In this document: positions 8,515 through 18,692 of the stretch, in pieces
Numbering within the stretch: position 1 is the stretch's first letter
Layout: every line of letters starts with the position of its first letter
Notes under the pieces: model-generated
The model's input: the letters and a program-made list of their open reading frames with translations, nothing else
What the model was told of the DNA's origin: nothing
Databases searched by the model: none
Source: Rhizobiaceae bacterium
GTDB lineage: Bacteria; Pseudomonadota; Alphaproteobacteria; Rhizobiales; Rhizobiaceae
NCBI GenBank assembly: GCA_029233925.1
Contig: JARGOX010000013.1
Span: 48,056-112,055, forward strand
Length of the DNA stretch: 64,000 nucleotides
Direction: 5' to 3'
Program-made: the position numbers and the translations under genes

Positions 8515-11500
8515 ATGCCACATCATTTCAAAACAATTGCCGCTGTGTTGATTTCGGGACTGATGCTGGGATGGCTTGTCATGGGAATGGCCCAGGCGGC
8601 CGAGACGCGCCAGATCACCACTTTCAACAATGCCGATTTTTTTGGCTTTGATCTGCGGGCTGAAAAGAATGTCTCGCTGGATCGCTGCAAATCCTCCTGT
8701 CTGAGCGACCGCCAATGCCGCGCCTTTACCTATAATTCCAGCGCGCAATGGTGTTTTCTGAAATCCGATTTCAATCAACTCAACAGGTTCGAAGGGGCGA
8801 TTGCCGGCAAGGTGATCACGGTTTCGGCCAGTGACGCCGATATCGGCGCTGCCCCGCAACTGGCGTTTCTTTCGGAAAATCTATACGCTGAAGCCTCCCG
8901 TGAAGGCGCAGAGATTGCCAAAATGCAATCGGCCGATTATGGCCTTGCGGCCACGACAATTGCGGCTGAGGATGCCCTGGCGGCCGGAAATATGGCCTAT
9001 GCGCTGAATGCATTTCGCGTTGCCATTGCCATTGATTCGACCAGTGCTGACCTGTGGCTGGGCCTTGCGGAAGCCACATGGCGTGAACTGGCGCAAAATA
9101 ATTATCAAGGCTACGAAATGCAGCGAAAGGCCACATCGGCGGCGCTGAATGCCTATCAAAAATCACGTACGGTTGATGTGCGGGCCGATGCACTGGCAAA
9201 ACTGGCCAGAGCGCTGGCCATCCAGCAACAGTACCGGCCGGCGCTGGAAACCTACAAGGAAAGCCTTGCTCTGGTGGATTCACCGCGGGTACGCGCGGCC
9301 TTTCAGGACCTGTCTGCGCGCAAGGGGTTTCGCGTTGTTGAGCATACGATCGATGCCGACAGCGCATCGGCACGTGTCTGCGTGGTTTTCTCCGACCCGC
9401 TGGTCAAATCGGGCGTCAATTATGCGTCCTTTGTGACCATTGACGGCCGCGCCGCGAGCAGCGTTGTTGCCAAGGACAAGCAGATCTGCGCGGAAGGCCT
9501 GGAGCATGGCAGCGAATATCGGGTGTCATTGAGGGCGGGCCTGCCGGCGGACATCGGAGAAGTGCTCATGGCGCCGGTTACCATTACGGCCTACGTCCGT
9601 GACCGGTCTCCGACCGTGCGTTTTACCGGTGATAATTTTGTCCTTGCCAAGGCCGGTCGCAAGGGCATTCCGGTTGTCAGCGTCAATGCCGACAAGGTTG
9701 AAATCGAACTTTACCGAATCGGTGAACGGTCGCTTGCACCGCTGCTGGCCAAATCGCAGTTCCTGCGGCAGCTCGACGGCTATGATGCCGGCAATATTCG
9801 TGAAGATCTGGGTGAACTGGTGTGGCAGGGAGATCTGCTGACACAGAACGAGCTCAATGGCGAAACGGTCACGAGTTTTCCAATCGACGAAGCGCTTCCG
9901 CAGCGCGAGCCGGGTGTCTATGTGCTGATGGCGCGGGTGGCTGGTGAGACGCTGGATAACTGGAGCAGTCGGGCGACGCAATGGCTTGTGGTTTCCGATA
10001 TCGGCCTTTCTACCCTTGCCGGCAGCGACGGTTTGCATGTGTTTGCCCGTTCGCTCGATAGCGCCCTGCCGACAGCCGGTCTCAAGCTGACATTGCTGGC
10101 ACGCAACAATGAGATTCTGGGTGAGGCCATTACGGATGAAAACGGGCGGGCAAGCTTTGTTGCCGGTCTGATCCGTGGCAAGCAGGCTCTGGCACCAGCG
10201 GTCATGACTGCTGACAATGGCCGGGGCGATTTCGTCTTTCTCGATATGACCCGCGCCGGGTTTGATCTTTCCGATCGTGGCGTTTCAGGACGGCCGGCAC
10301 CCGGTCCGCTGGATATTTTCACCTGGACCGACAGGGGTATCTACAGGGTGGGTGAAACGGTGCATCTGTCCGCGATGATCCGCGATGACGAAGCCGAGGC
10401 AGTTTCCAACCTGCCTTTGACCTTTGTTGTGCTGCGCCCCGACGGCAAGGAAGACCGTCGCGTGGTGCGCACCGGCGGTGAGATTGGTGGTTACGGGTTT
10501 GACCTCGAGATACCATCCAATGCCATGCAGGGCGCCTGGAATGTCAGGACCTATGCTGATCCCAAGTCAAATTTTCTGAATGAAACGGCCTTTCTGGTCG
10601 AGGATTTCAGGCCGGACCGGATAGCCTTTGAGCTTGATCTGCCAAAGACCCCGCTGGAGGCCGATGGCATCGCCTCCGCAAGGGTTGATGGACGTTTTCT
10701 CTACGGCGCCCCGGCAGCCGGGCTTGCGGTTGAAGCCGAGTTGAAACTCAAGGCCGTGCGCGCGCGTTCCGAATTTCCCAAATATGTGTTTGGCCTGTCG
10801 GACGAGGACAGCATTGCTGCGCGGGTCAATCTGGCGAATGTGCCGCCCCTTGACGCCGAGGGTCTGAGCGATATTGCCATTGAACTGGGCACGCTGCCTT
10901 CCACCACCCACCCGCTTGAGGCGGAATTGACCGTCCGATTGAGTGAAGGCGGCGGGCGCGCTGTGGAGCGCACCGGCACCATGGCGGTGCGGCCTTCCGG
11001 CATGATGATCGGCATCCGGCCGGAGTTTGAAGACGGGCTCGTCGGTGAGAACACGACGGCGGCCTTTAAGGTGATTGCCGCCGGTCCTGATGGCACGACA
11101 CAGGATGCCAATGGGTTGAAATGGTCCTTGCTGCGCATTGAGCGCAATTATCAATGGTATCGGGAAGGCAATTCCTGGCGGTATGAGGCGGTCGAATTCA
11201 CCAGGCAGATCGCCGATGGCACCATCAATATCAATGCCGATGCGCCTGCCGATATCGCTTCTGCCGTGGGCTGGGGACGGTATCGCCTGCTGGTTGAATC
11301 GTCCGAGATCAACGGACCGGCAACCAGCGTTGAATTCAGTGCCGGCTGGTACGTCAGCGCGGCATCCACCGAGACGCCTGACGGCCTGGAAATTGCCCTC
11401 GATAAAGCGCTCTATCTGGTTGGCGAGACTGCGCAATTGCAGATATCTCCACGTTTTGCAGGCCAGGCGCTGATCACCATCGCCAATGACGGGCTGCGGC

Positions 11501-13989
11501 GGGTTCTGACGGCTGACGTTCCCGAAGAGGGTGCCGTCATTGGAATCCCGGTCGCCGACGATTGGGGTGCTGGCGCCTATGTCATGGTGACATTGATCCG
11601 GCCGGGGAGCGATGCAACAAGCCGCATGCCTTCACGCGCTGTCGGGATCCAGTGGTTGAGCGTCAGCCCGCAGGACCGGGCCCTTGAGGTCACCATGAAT
11701 GTGCCGGAGAAGATCGCTCCCAACAGCACGCTGACGATACCTGTTTCCGTGCGTGGGGCCGGCGCCCATGAAGAGGCACGCTTCACACTGGCGGCCGTCG
11801 ATGTGGGCATTTTGAACCTGACGGCTTTTGCGCCGCCCGATCCGCAGAACTGGTATTTCGGGCAACGCCGCATGGGCTTTGAGATTCGTGACCTCTACGG
11901 GCGTCTGATCGACGGTTCGCAAGGGGTGACAGGACGGATCCGCTCCGGCGGTGACGGGCCGGCGCTGGGAATCAAGGGCAGCCCGCCGAAGGAAAGGTTG
12001 GTGGCGCTCCATTCGGGCATCGTGACCCTGGACGATAACGGACAGGCACTGGTCAGCTTTGACATACCGCAGTTCAACGGCACGCTGAAACTGATGGCCG
12101 TGGCCTGGACGCAGAGCGGCGTCGGACAGGCCGACAGGGATCTGATTGTGCGTGATCCCGTGGTGATCACCGCGAGCCTGCCGAAATTCCTGGCACCCGA
12201 CGATGTCTCGCAATTGCGCTTTGACTTTGCCAATACGGATGGTCCTTCCGGTGAATACGCCCTTTCGCTGGATGTTGATCCGTCGCTGGATATCGACCGG
12301 TCCGGCTTTGGTCAAACGGTGTCGCTGGCGCGTGGACAGTCACAATCATTGATCATTGGCGTCAAGGCGGGACAGCCCGGGACTGCCGAGATCGCCATGC
12401 GGCTTACGGCGCCGGACGGAACAATCATCGAGAATGTCCAGCAGTTGGTAGTACGTCCGGCAACCCTGCCGGTGACGACGCGGCTGGAATTGCCGTTGGC
12501 GGCCAATGGCGGGTCCGCCATGATTGACCGCGAGCTGCTGGCCACCAGCTTTTTGGGCGGGGCCAGTGTCAGCATTGGCATATCGCACTCCAATATCGAT
12601 GTTCCGGGACTGCTGATGTCCCTTGATCGCTATCCCTATGGTTGCGCCGAGCAGACAACAAGCAGGGCTCTGCCATTGCTCTATCTCAGTGAGCTGGATG
12701 CGCCGGCCGCATTGCTGGAAGATCCTGGTCTGCGCAATCGGGTGCAATCAGCTGTCGAGCGTGTGCTTGCCTATCAGTCATCCGAGGGCAGTTTCGGTCT
12801 TTGGGGGCCGGGCGGCGGCGATCTCTGGCTCAACGCCTATGTCGGCGATTTTCTGACGCGGGCTCGCGAGAAGAATTACGCGGTTCCCGAACAGGCGATG
12901 CGCCTGGCGCTGGACAATCTGCAAAATGTCCTGTCCTACAACAATGATCTGGCTGACAATGGCGGGGGCATTGCCTATGCGCTCTATGTTCTGGCGCGCA
13001 ACAAACGCGCCTCGGCCGGTGATCTGCGCTATTATGCGGATGCGCAGCTGGATGCCTTCCGGTCACCGCTGGCCCGGGCACAGATTGCCGCTGCGCTGGC
13101 GCTTTATGGTGATGCGGAGCGGGCCCAGCGGGTCTTTGCTTCCGCCTATCGTCTGGCCGGATCATCACAATCCATCGCCCATGAAAACTACGGTTCACTT
13201 CTGCGCGATGATGCTGCCATGCTGGCACTTGCGGGTGAAAGCCGTCCGGTATCCCCGCTTTTGGGCGACATGGTCAAACTGGTCTCTGACCGGCAAATGA
13301 CAGCGCCTGCCAGAACCACCCAGGAACAGGCCTGGATGCTTCTGGCGGCCCGGGCGTTGCAGGACACGGACCGGAAGCTGTCGCTGCGGGTCGATGGCGA
13401 TATCATTGAAGGGGCCTATAGCAGCACTGTCGACGGGAGCGAACTTGCGGCGCGTCCGGTCCGCATCGAGAATGTTGGCGACCAACCGGTCACCGCCATG
13501 GTGACCAGCGTGGCGGCGCCGCTTGAACCGCTGCGCGCAGGCGGCAATGGATTTGAAATTGATCGCAAATACTACACAATGGATGGTGACGAGGTGGCTA
13601 TTGAGGCGGTCAAACAGAATGAACGATTTGTGGTCGTTCTCACCATCAGGCAGACCAACGCGCTGGGATCGCAGATCCTGGTGACGGATCTCTTGCCGGC
13701 GGGACTCGAAATCGACAATTCCCGACTGGTGGAAAGTGCAACGCTTTCGAATTTCTCCTGGCTGGGTGAAACCAATCCGGCCCACGTGGAGTTTCGTGAC
13801 GACCGGTTCGTTGCAGCCTTCGAGACCAGCGCCAATGACGTCGATAAAGCCATCCAGGTGGCCTATGTTGTGCGTGCTGTTGTGCCGGGCATCTATACCC
13901 ATCCGGCTGCGCAGGTGGAGGATATGTACCGGCCCGAGTTCGTGGCCCGCACTGCCACGCGCTGGATTGAGGTCAAGGCAGCGGATTGA
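8515..13989 (+). CDS. Bacterial alpha-2-macroglobulin with N-terminal PAN/apple domain
   Basis: About 1824 aa; signal peptide ending AQA; Cys-rich PAN module (C..SC....CRAFTY....WCFLK); TDRGIYRVGETV MG2 motif; thioester YPYGCAEQ (CAEQ at 12643-12654); coupled to pbpC. Confidence 0.93.
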   Translation: MPHHFKTIAAVLISGLMLGWLVMGMAQAAETRQITTFNNADFFGFDLRAEKNVSLDRCKSSCLSDRQCRAFTYNSSAQWCFLKSDFNQLNRFEGAIAGKVITVSASDADIGAAPQLAFLSENLYAEASREGAEIAKMQSADYGLAATTIAAEDALAAGNMAYALNAFRVAIAIDSTSADLWLGLAEATWRELAQNNYQGYEMQRKATSAALNAYQKSRTVDVRADALAKLARALAIQQQYRPALETYKESLALVDSPRVRAAFQDLSARKGFRVVEHTIDADSASARVCVVFSDPLVKSGVNYASFVTIDGRAASSVVAKDKQICAEGLEHGSEYRVSLRAGLPADIGEVLMAPVTITAYVRDRSPTVRFTGDNFVLAKAGRKGIPVVSVNADKVEIELYRIGERSLAPLLAKSQFLRQLDGYDAGNIREDLGELVWQGDLLTQNELNGETVTSFPIDEALPQREPGVYVLMARVAGETLDNWSSRATQWLVVSDIGLSTLAGSDGLHVFARSLDSALPTAGLKLTLLARNNEILGEAITDENGRASFVAGLIRGKQALAPAVMTADNGRGDFVFLDMTRAGFDLSDRGVSGRPAPGPLDIFTWTDRGIYRVGETVHLSAMIRDDEAEAVSNLPLTFVVLRPDGKEDRRVVRTGGEIGGYGFDLEIPSNAMQGAWNVRTYADPKSNFLNETAFLVEDFRPDRIAFELDLPKTPLEADGIASARVDGRFLYGAPAAGLAVEAELKLKAVRARSEFPKYVFGLSDEDSIAARVNLANVPPLDAEGLSDIAIELGTLPSTTHPLEAELTVRLSEGGGRAVERTGTMAVRPSGMMIGIRPEFEDGLVGENTTAAFKVIAAGPDGTTQDANGLKWSLLRIERNYQWYREGNSWRYEAVEFTRQIADGTININADAPADIASAVGWGRYRLLVESSEINGPATSVEFSAGWYVSAASTETPDGLEIALDKALYLVGETAQLQISPRFAGQALITIANDGLRRVLTADVPEEGAVIGIPVADDWGAGAYVMVTLIRPGSDATSRMPSRAVGIQWLSVSPQDRALEVTMNVPEKIAPNSTLTIPVSVRGAGAHEEARFTLAAVDVGILNLTAFAPPDPQNWYFGQRRMGFEIRDLYGRLIDGSQGVTGRIRSGGDGPALGIKGSPPKERLVALHSGIVTLDDNGQALVSFDIPQFNGTLKLMAVAWTQSGVGQADRDLIVRDPVVITASLPKFLAPDDVSQLRFDFANTDGPSGEYALSLDVDPSLDIDRSGFGQTVSLARGQSQSLIIGVKAGQPGTAEIAMRLTAPDGTIIENVQQLVVRPATLPVTTRLELPLAANGGSAMIDRELLATSFLGGASVSIGISHSNIDVPGLLMSLDRYPYGCAEQTTSRALPLLYLSELDAPAALLEDPGLRNRVQSAVERVLAYQSSEGSFGLWGPGGGDLWLNAYVGDFLTRAREKNYAVPEQAMRLALDNLQNVLSYNNDLADNGGGIAYALYVLARNKRASAGDLRYYADAQLDAFRSPLARAQIAAALALYGDAERAQRVFASAYRLAGSSQSIAHENYGSLLRDDAAMLALAGESRPVSPLLGDMVKLVSDRQMTAPARTTQEQAWMLLAARALQDTDRKLSLRVDGDIIEGAYSSTVDGSELAARPVRIENVGDQPVTAMVTSVAAPLEPLRAGGNGFEIDRKYYTMDGDEVAIEAVKQNERFVVVLTIRQTNALGSQILVTDLLPAGLEIDNSRLVESATLSNFSWLGETNPAHVEFRDDRFVAAFETSANDVDKAIQVAYVVRAVVPGIYTHPAAQVEDMYRPEFVARTATRWIEVKAAD

Positions 13990-16085
13990 TGCCCAAGACG
14001 CGCGCCTTGCGATTGCTGGCGGCAGTAGCGGGCATCGGCGGCTGCATGGTAGTTGCCGTTGTTCTGCTGGCGATTGTGCTGGACCACACCCATCCGCCGC
14101 CGCTTCCGGACCAAAGGCCTCTGTCTGCCGAGGTGCTGGATCGAGACGGACAATTGTTACGGGTCTTTGCAGCCGGTGACGGCCGCTGGCGCATGAAGGC
14201 GGGACTTGCGGACATTGATCCGGAATTCATCGATCTGCTGATCGCCTATGAGGACAAGCGCTTCTGGACGCATCACGGCGTGGATCCTCTGGCGATGGCA
14301 CGGGCCTTTCGCCAGATGGCCACCAGCGGGCATATCGTTTCCGGTGGTTCGACAATCACCATGCAACTGGCCCGGCTGCTGGAGCCGCGTGTTTCGCGCA
14401 CGCTGGCCGCCAAAATGCGGCAGATTGCACGGGCCTTGCAGCTGGAGCGACGCCTGAGCAAGCGGCAAATCCTCGAATGGTATCTCACCCTTGCACCCTA
14501 TGGCGGCAATCTGGAGGGAACACGGGCCGCAAGCCTGTCCTATTTCGGTGCCGAGCCGTCATCCCTGACCCTGTCTCAGGGAGCTCTGCTGGTTGCCTTG
14601 CCGCAATCACCGGAAATGCGCAGGCCCGATCGCTATCCCATGGCGGCCAGGCAGGCCGGTCTGCGGGTTTTGCAGCGCGCCGCCTCAAGCGGGCTGATTG
14701 ATCCGGCTGAAGTGCAGCGTGTGGCTGGTCGGGATGTGACCGTGAGGCGACGCGCCTTGCCGGCGCTGGCTGCCCATATGGCCCAAAGGGCCCATCAGAG
14801 TGATCCGGATGCGCTGCGCCACCAGACCAGCCTTCTGCGCGATGTGCAGGCCAATCTGGAGGTGGTGGCCCGCGATGCGGCAGAAAGGCTCGGTGAGCGA
14901 TTGTCCGTTGCCATTGTCATGGCTGACAGTCGCGATGGTTCCATTCTGGGCCAGGTGGGCTCGGCGAATTTTTTTGATGGTCGCCGTTTTGGCTGGATTG
15001 ACATGACGCGGGCCCAGCGCTCACCCGGCTCAACCCTCAAGCCGCTCATCTATGGTCTGGCTTTTGGCGAAGGTCTGGTGCTTCCCGAAACATTGATAGC
15101 CGATCGGCCAATTGATTTTTCCGGTTATCGGCCGCGTAATTTTGACCTGAATTTCCAAGGCGATGTCAGCATTCGGCGGGCGCTGCAATTGTCGTTGAAT
15201 GTTCCGGCCATTCGATTGCTGCAGGCGGTTGGTCCGGCGCGACTCACCGCATTGTTGCGCGAGGCTGGTGTTGATTATGCAATGCCGTCGCAGGACAACG
15301 CCGGTCTTTCGATCGGGCTGGGCGGTCTCGGCATCAGCCTTCTGGATCTGGTGCAGGTCTATACCAGCCTGGCAACCGTGGATGGCCGTTCTGTCGTTCT
15401 TTCCAACGGGGTAGACCTGCCGGCGGGCACGGCTCCGGCAAATCCGCTGCTGCAGAATGCAGCACGCTGGCATGTGGGTGATATTCTGCGCGGCATTGCT
15501 GCGCCAGCCCAATCATTGCAGGTCGACATCGCCTACAAGACCGGCACGAGCTACGGTTACCGGGATGCCTGGTCGGTGGGCTACGACGGACGCTACGTCA
15601 TCGGCGTTTGGATCGGGCGGGCGGACAACAGCGCCGTTCCGGGGCTGACCGGCCTGTCGGCGGCAGCACCCGTGCTGTTTGAAGCCTTTGGCCGCTCGGG
15701 AGTGGATCTGGTGCCCTTTCGTGCAGCGCCGCCCGGCGCCGTGCGCATTGCGAGGTCCGATCTGCCGGAATCGATGCGTCGCTTTGAGCGTTTCGAAGAC
15801 ACGTTCCAGCATCATGCGGCCGGTGAAAGCAAACCGCATATCGCCTATCCTCCCGACGGCGCGCGCATAGAACTCAGTCGCGGCTCGGGACAGCGCTTTG
15901 ATCCACTGGTGCTGAAACTGCAGGGTGGCAGACCACCCTTTCGCTGGCTTGCCAATGGCAGTCCGGTCGAGCAATGGGTCCGCCAGCGCAATTGGCATTG
16001 GATGCCGGATGGTCGTGGCAGCGCAACGCTTGCCGTCATCGATGCGTCAGGGCAAACCGCCAATGTCAATATTGTGGTTGATTGA
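13989..16085 (+). CDS. pbpC: Penicillin-binding protein 1C
   Basis: Transglycosylase EDKRF and GGSTITMQLAR; transpeptidase STLK, SLN, KTG; TGATG coupling to the macroglobulin gene. Confidence 0.93.
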   Translation: MPKTRALRLLAAVAGIGGCMVVAVVLLAIVLDHTHPPPLPDQRPLSAEVLDRDGQLLRVFAAGDGRWRMKAGLADIDPEFIDLLIAYEDKRFWTHHGVDPLAMARAFRQMATSGHIVSGGSTITMQLARLLEPRVSRTLAAKMRQIARALQLERRLSKRQILEWYLTLAPYGGNLEGTRAASLSYFGAEPSSLTLSQGALLVALPQSPEMRRPDRYPMAARQAGLRVLQRAASSGLIDPAEVQRVAGRDVTVRRRALPALAAHMAQRAHQSDPDALRHQTSLLRDVQANLEVVARDAAERLGERLSVAIVMADSRDGSILGQVGSANFFDGRRFGWIDMTRAQRSPGSTLKPLIYGLAFGEGLVLPETLIADRPIDFSGYRPRNFDLNFQGDVSIRRALQLSLNVPAIRLLQAVGPARLTALLREAGVDYAMPSQDNAGLSIGLGGLGISLLDLVQVYTSLATVDGRSVVLSNGVDLPAGTAPANPLLQNAARWHVGDILRGIAAPAQSLQVDIAYKTGTSYGYRDAWSVGYDGRYVIGVWIGRADNSAVPGLTGLSAAAPVLFEAFGRSGVDLVPFRAAPPGAVRIARSDLPESMRRFERFEDTFQHHAAGESKPHIAYPPDGARIELSRGSGQRFDPLVLKLQGGRPPFRWLANGSPVEQWVRQRNWHWMPDGRGSATLAVIDASGQTANVNIVVD

Positions 16086-16177
16086 GAAATCGCCCGTAAG
16101 AATGACGCAATTCGCGGTGCCGGCGAGACATACGCACAGGAATCAAGAAGTTTGGTTAATCAATTCTTACGCCACCT

Positions 16178-17374
16178 TTATCGCCCCATGACAGCCTTGT
16201 AGACATCCTCGTCGGCATGCCCGTCGGGTGGCATATTGTTGCGGTTTTGGTAGCTGCGGATGACGGCGCGCATCTCAAGACCGATGCGTCCATCGGTACG
16301 CGGGACAGGATAGCCTGCCTTCAGCAGAGCCTCCTGAAGGGCGATCCGCTCACTCTTGTTGAGGGGGCGCTCGGTGTTCCAATTGCCCTTGAAAGGCGTG
16401 CTGCGCTCGGCGATCCGGTCAGCCAGATGGGCGACGGCAAGGGAATAGGCATCGGAAAAATTATAGGTTTTGATCGCCGGCAGGTTTTCGGTCACCAAAA
16501 AAGCCAGCCCCTCTATTCCGCTGGGGAAAAACAGCGTGGCATTGCCGTTTGACGGCAGCTTGCCTCCATCGGTGCGGCGCACATTGCGGCGCGCCCAGTT
16601 CTTGAAGGAATCATCGGCATCCATGAGATCGATGTTTTCTGGCAGGTCGATCTGATAGCCCCAGGGCATTCCGGCTTTCCAGCCGTGTTCCTTGAGGTAA
16701 TTGGCCGTTGAAGCCAGTGCATCGGGTTTGCTGCCCCACAGGTCGCGCTTGCCATCGCCATTGTGATCGACGGCATATTTCAGGAAACTCGATGGCATGA
16801 ACTGGGTATGCCCAACGGCTCCGGCCCAGGAGCCTTGCATTCTGGCGCGGCTTATCTTTTCCTGCTGGATAACCAGAAGCGCATTGATGAACTCCTTCTG
16901 GAAATAGTCTCCGCGATAGCCAATATAGGCGAGTGATGCGAGTGAACGCAGGACATCGCTCTTGCCGATATAACCACCGTAATTGGTCTCCATCCCCCAG
17001 ATCGCCAGAACAACATAGCGGTCGACACCGTATTTTTTCTCAATGGCGTCCAATGTCCGGCGGTATTTTTTTGCCATCGCGCGCCCGGTTTTAACCCGTC
17101 CGGCATTCACCGCCTTTTCCACATATTGCCCGATGGATCGGCTAAATTCAGGCTGGCTTTTGGTCAGTTTCCTGACGCTGTTGTTCATGGTGAGGCCAGC
17201 TGTGGCCGCTTCAAATGTAGTCCAGTCAACGCCGGCTGCGGCGGCCTCGGGATAAAGCGATTCAACAAAATTCTTGAATGCCGGTTTTGCCAGTGCATGG
17301 TCGGATTTGGCAACCAGCCCGATGAGAGCCAGTGAACAAAGACAAATCGCGAATATATTTTTATGAACAATCAT
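16178..17374 (-). CDS. Lytic murein transglycosylase (MltB/SLT_2 family) with C-terminal peptidoglycan-binding domain
   Basis: AIWGMETNYG catalytic Glu, GSWAGAVGHTQFMPS, DHNGDGKRD EF-hand, DGRIG...AVIRSYQ PG-binding repeat. Start uncertain. Confidence 0.88.
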   Translation of the reverse strand: MIVHKNIFAICLCSLALIGLVAKSDHALAKPAFKNFVESLYPEAAAAGVDWTTFEAATAGLTMNNSVRKLTKSQPEFSRSIGQYVEKAVNAGRVKTGRAMAKKYRRTLDAIEKKYGVDRYVVLAIWGMETNYGGYIGKSDVLRSLASLAYIGYRGDYFQKEFINALLVIQQEKISRARMQGSWAGAVGHTQFMPSSFLKYAVDHNGDGKRDLWGSKPDALASTANYLKEHGWKAGMPWGYQIDLPENIDLMDADDSFKNWARRNVRRTDGGKLPSNGNATLFFPSGIEGLAFLVTENLPAIKTYNFSDAYSLAVAHLADRIAERSTPFKGNWNTERPLNKSERIALQEALLKAGYPVPRTDGRIGLEMRAVIRSYQNRNNMPPDGHADEDVYKAVMGR

Positions 17375-17708
17375 GCACTGAATCATATCAGCAACCTTGA
17401 AACAGGCAAGCCGCTTGAAATATACATCCATAAGAGGAATATTGTTTTCGTATACACGTTATGCGGATTGGTAAGCAATCACTGGCTTTTCTATCCGCAC
17501 AAGAATGGTTATGGTCAATTGTAACGAGGACAGTATGTGACGAGGGAACTGCATCATCGGTGCCAGAAACGGGATCAGCAAAATCTGAAGCTGCTTGAAA
17601 ATTCCTGAGCAGGCGCGCACCGCGTTCTGGTCTTGGGATCAGACGTTCCATTCTGGCTGATGATCTGCACAAAGCAATGACATACGTAGTTGAGGGTGGA
17701 ATATTTCT

Positions 17709-18449
17709 GTGAGAATCAAATCCGTAATCGACTTTCTCGATTCAATCAATGACCTGGAGACGCAGCCGGAGATCATCGAAAAATTCGAGGCTGTGCTGCA
17801 GGTGTATGGCTTTGACTACTATGGGATCATTCGCCAGCCCAAGGCATCGGAAGACCCCTTGAGCCTTGTTCTGGCCGGCCGCTGGCCGGAAGGCTGGCCG
17901 ACACGCTACATGCAGAAAAAATATGTTCTGATTGATCCGACAATCCGTTATCTGGGGCATGCCCGCATGGGCTTCAGTTGGGCTGATGCGGTTCCGGCCT
18001 TTATCTCCGACCCGCACCGCCGGCGCATGCAGCGCATGATGGTTGATGCACTGAAATTCGGTCTTGAGGGTGGTTATATCTTTCCGATTCACGGACGACG
18101 TGGGTTGATGGGCAATTTGACCATTGGCGGCAAACAGGTCGAACTAAGTCCGTTGGAGATGATCGAGTTTGATGCCATGGCCAAGATCGTGTTCTGGCGC
18201 CTGCTGGAACTGTCCGATCCGATCATGAATGAAGAATTGTCATCCAGTGTCGACGTGCAATTGACGCGTCGGGAAATGGAAGCGCTGAGTTATCTGGCCG
18301 ATGGCATGACATCAAACGAGATTGCCGCTGTGCTGAAATTGTCGAACCACACGGTCGACTGGTACATGAATGCCCTGCAGATAAAACTCAAGGCAAAGAA
18401 CCGGCACCACGCTGTGGCCATCGCCTTCCGTCTTGGCCTGATTTCCTGA
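17709..18449 (+). CDS. expR: LuxR-family regulator with autoinducer-binding domain, ExpR-like solo
   Basis: 246 aa; WPTRY, IDP, FSW, G residues of the AHL pocket and a C-terminal LuxR HTH. The sequence and position next to pyc match rhizobial expR as I recall it. Confidence 0.82.
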   Translation: MRIKSVIDFLDSINDLETQPEIIEKFEAVLQVYGFDYYGIIRQPKASEDPLSLVLAGRWPEGWPTRYMQKKYVLIDPTIRYLGHARMGFSWADAVPAFISDPHRRRMQRMMVDALKFGLEGGYIFPIHGRRGLMGNLTIGGKQVELSPLEMIEFDAMAKIVFWRLLELSDPIMNEELSSSVDVQLTRREMEALSYLADGMTSNEIAAVLKLSNHTVDWYMNALQIKLKAKNRHHAVAIAFRLGLIS

Positions 18450-18692
18450 GTCATCCGCTGATTGCGGGCAAACATCCAAGCGATGCCGGTGGCCGAGCCT
18501 GGGATCGCAGCTCGTGTTTTTTCGATTTCAACGGGGCCAATGAATCCCGGTCCCGCATTGCTGCGATGCACACTGAACGCGCAGATGTGCTGAAAACTTT
18601 GCCGATGCAGCTTTTACATAACGTAGATATGACTTAAAAGAGAGCGAATGCGGCCCTAACCGCTGCACTGCACATCGTTGGAGTATTGCGCC

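Noticed and set aside
16146-16160. CtrA-like GTAA-N7-TTAA on the minus strand after pbpC
   Set aside because: Lies between convergent 3' ends, where no promoter is expected.
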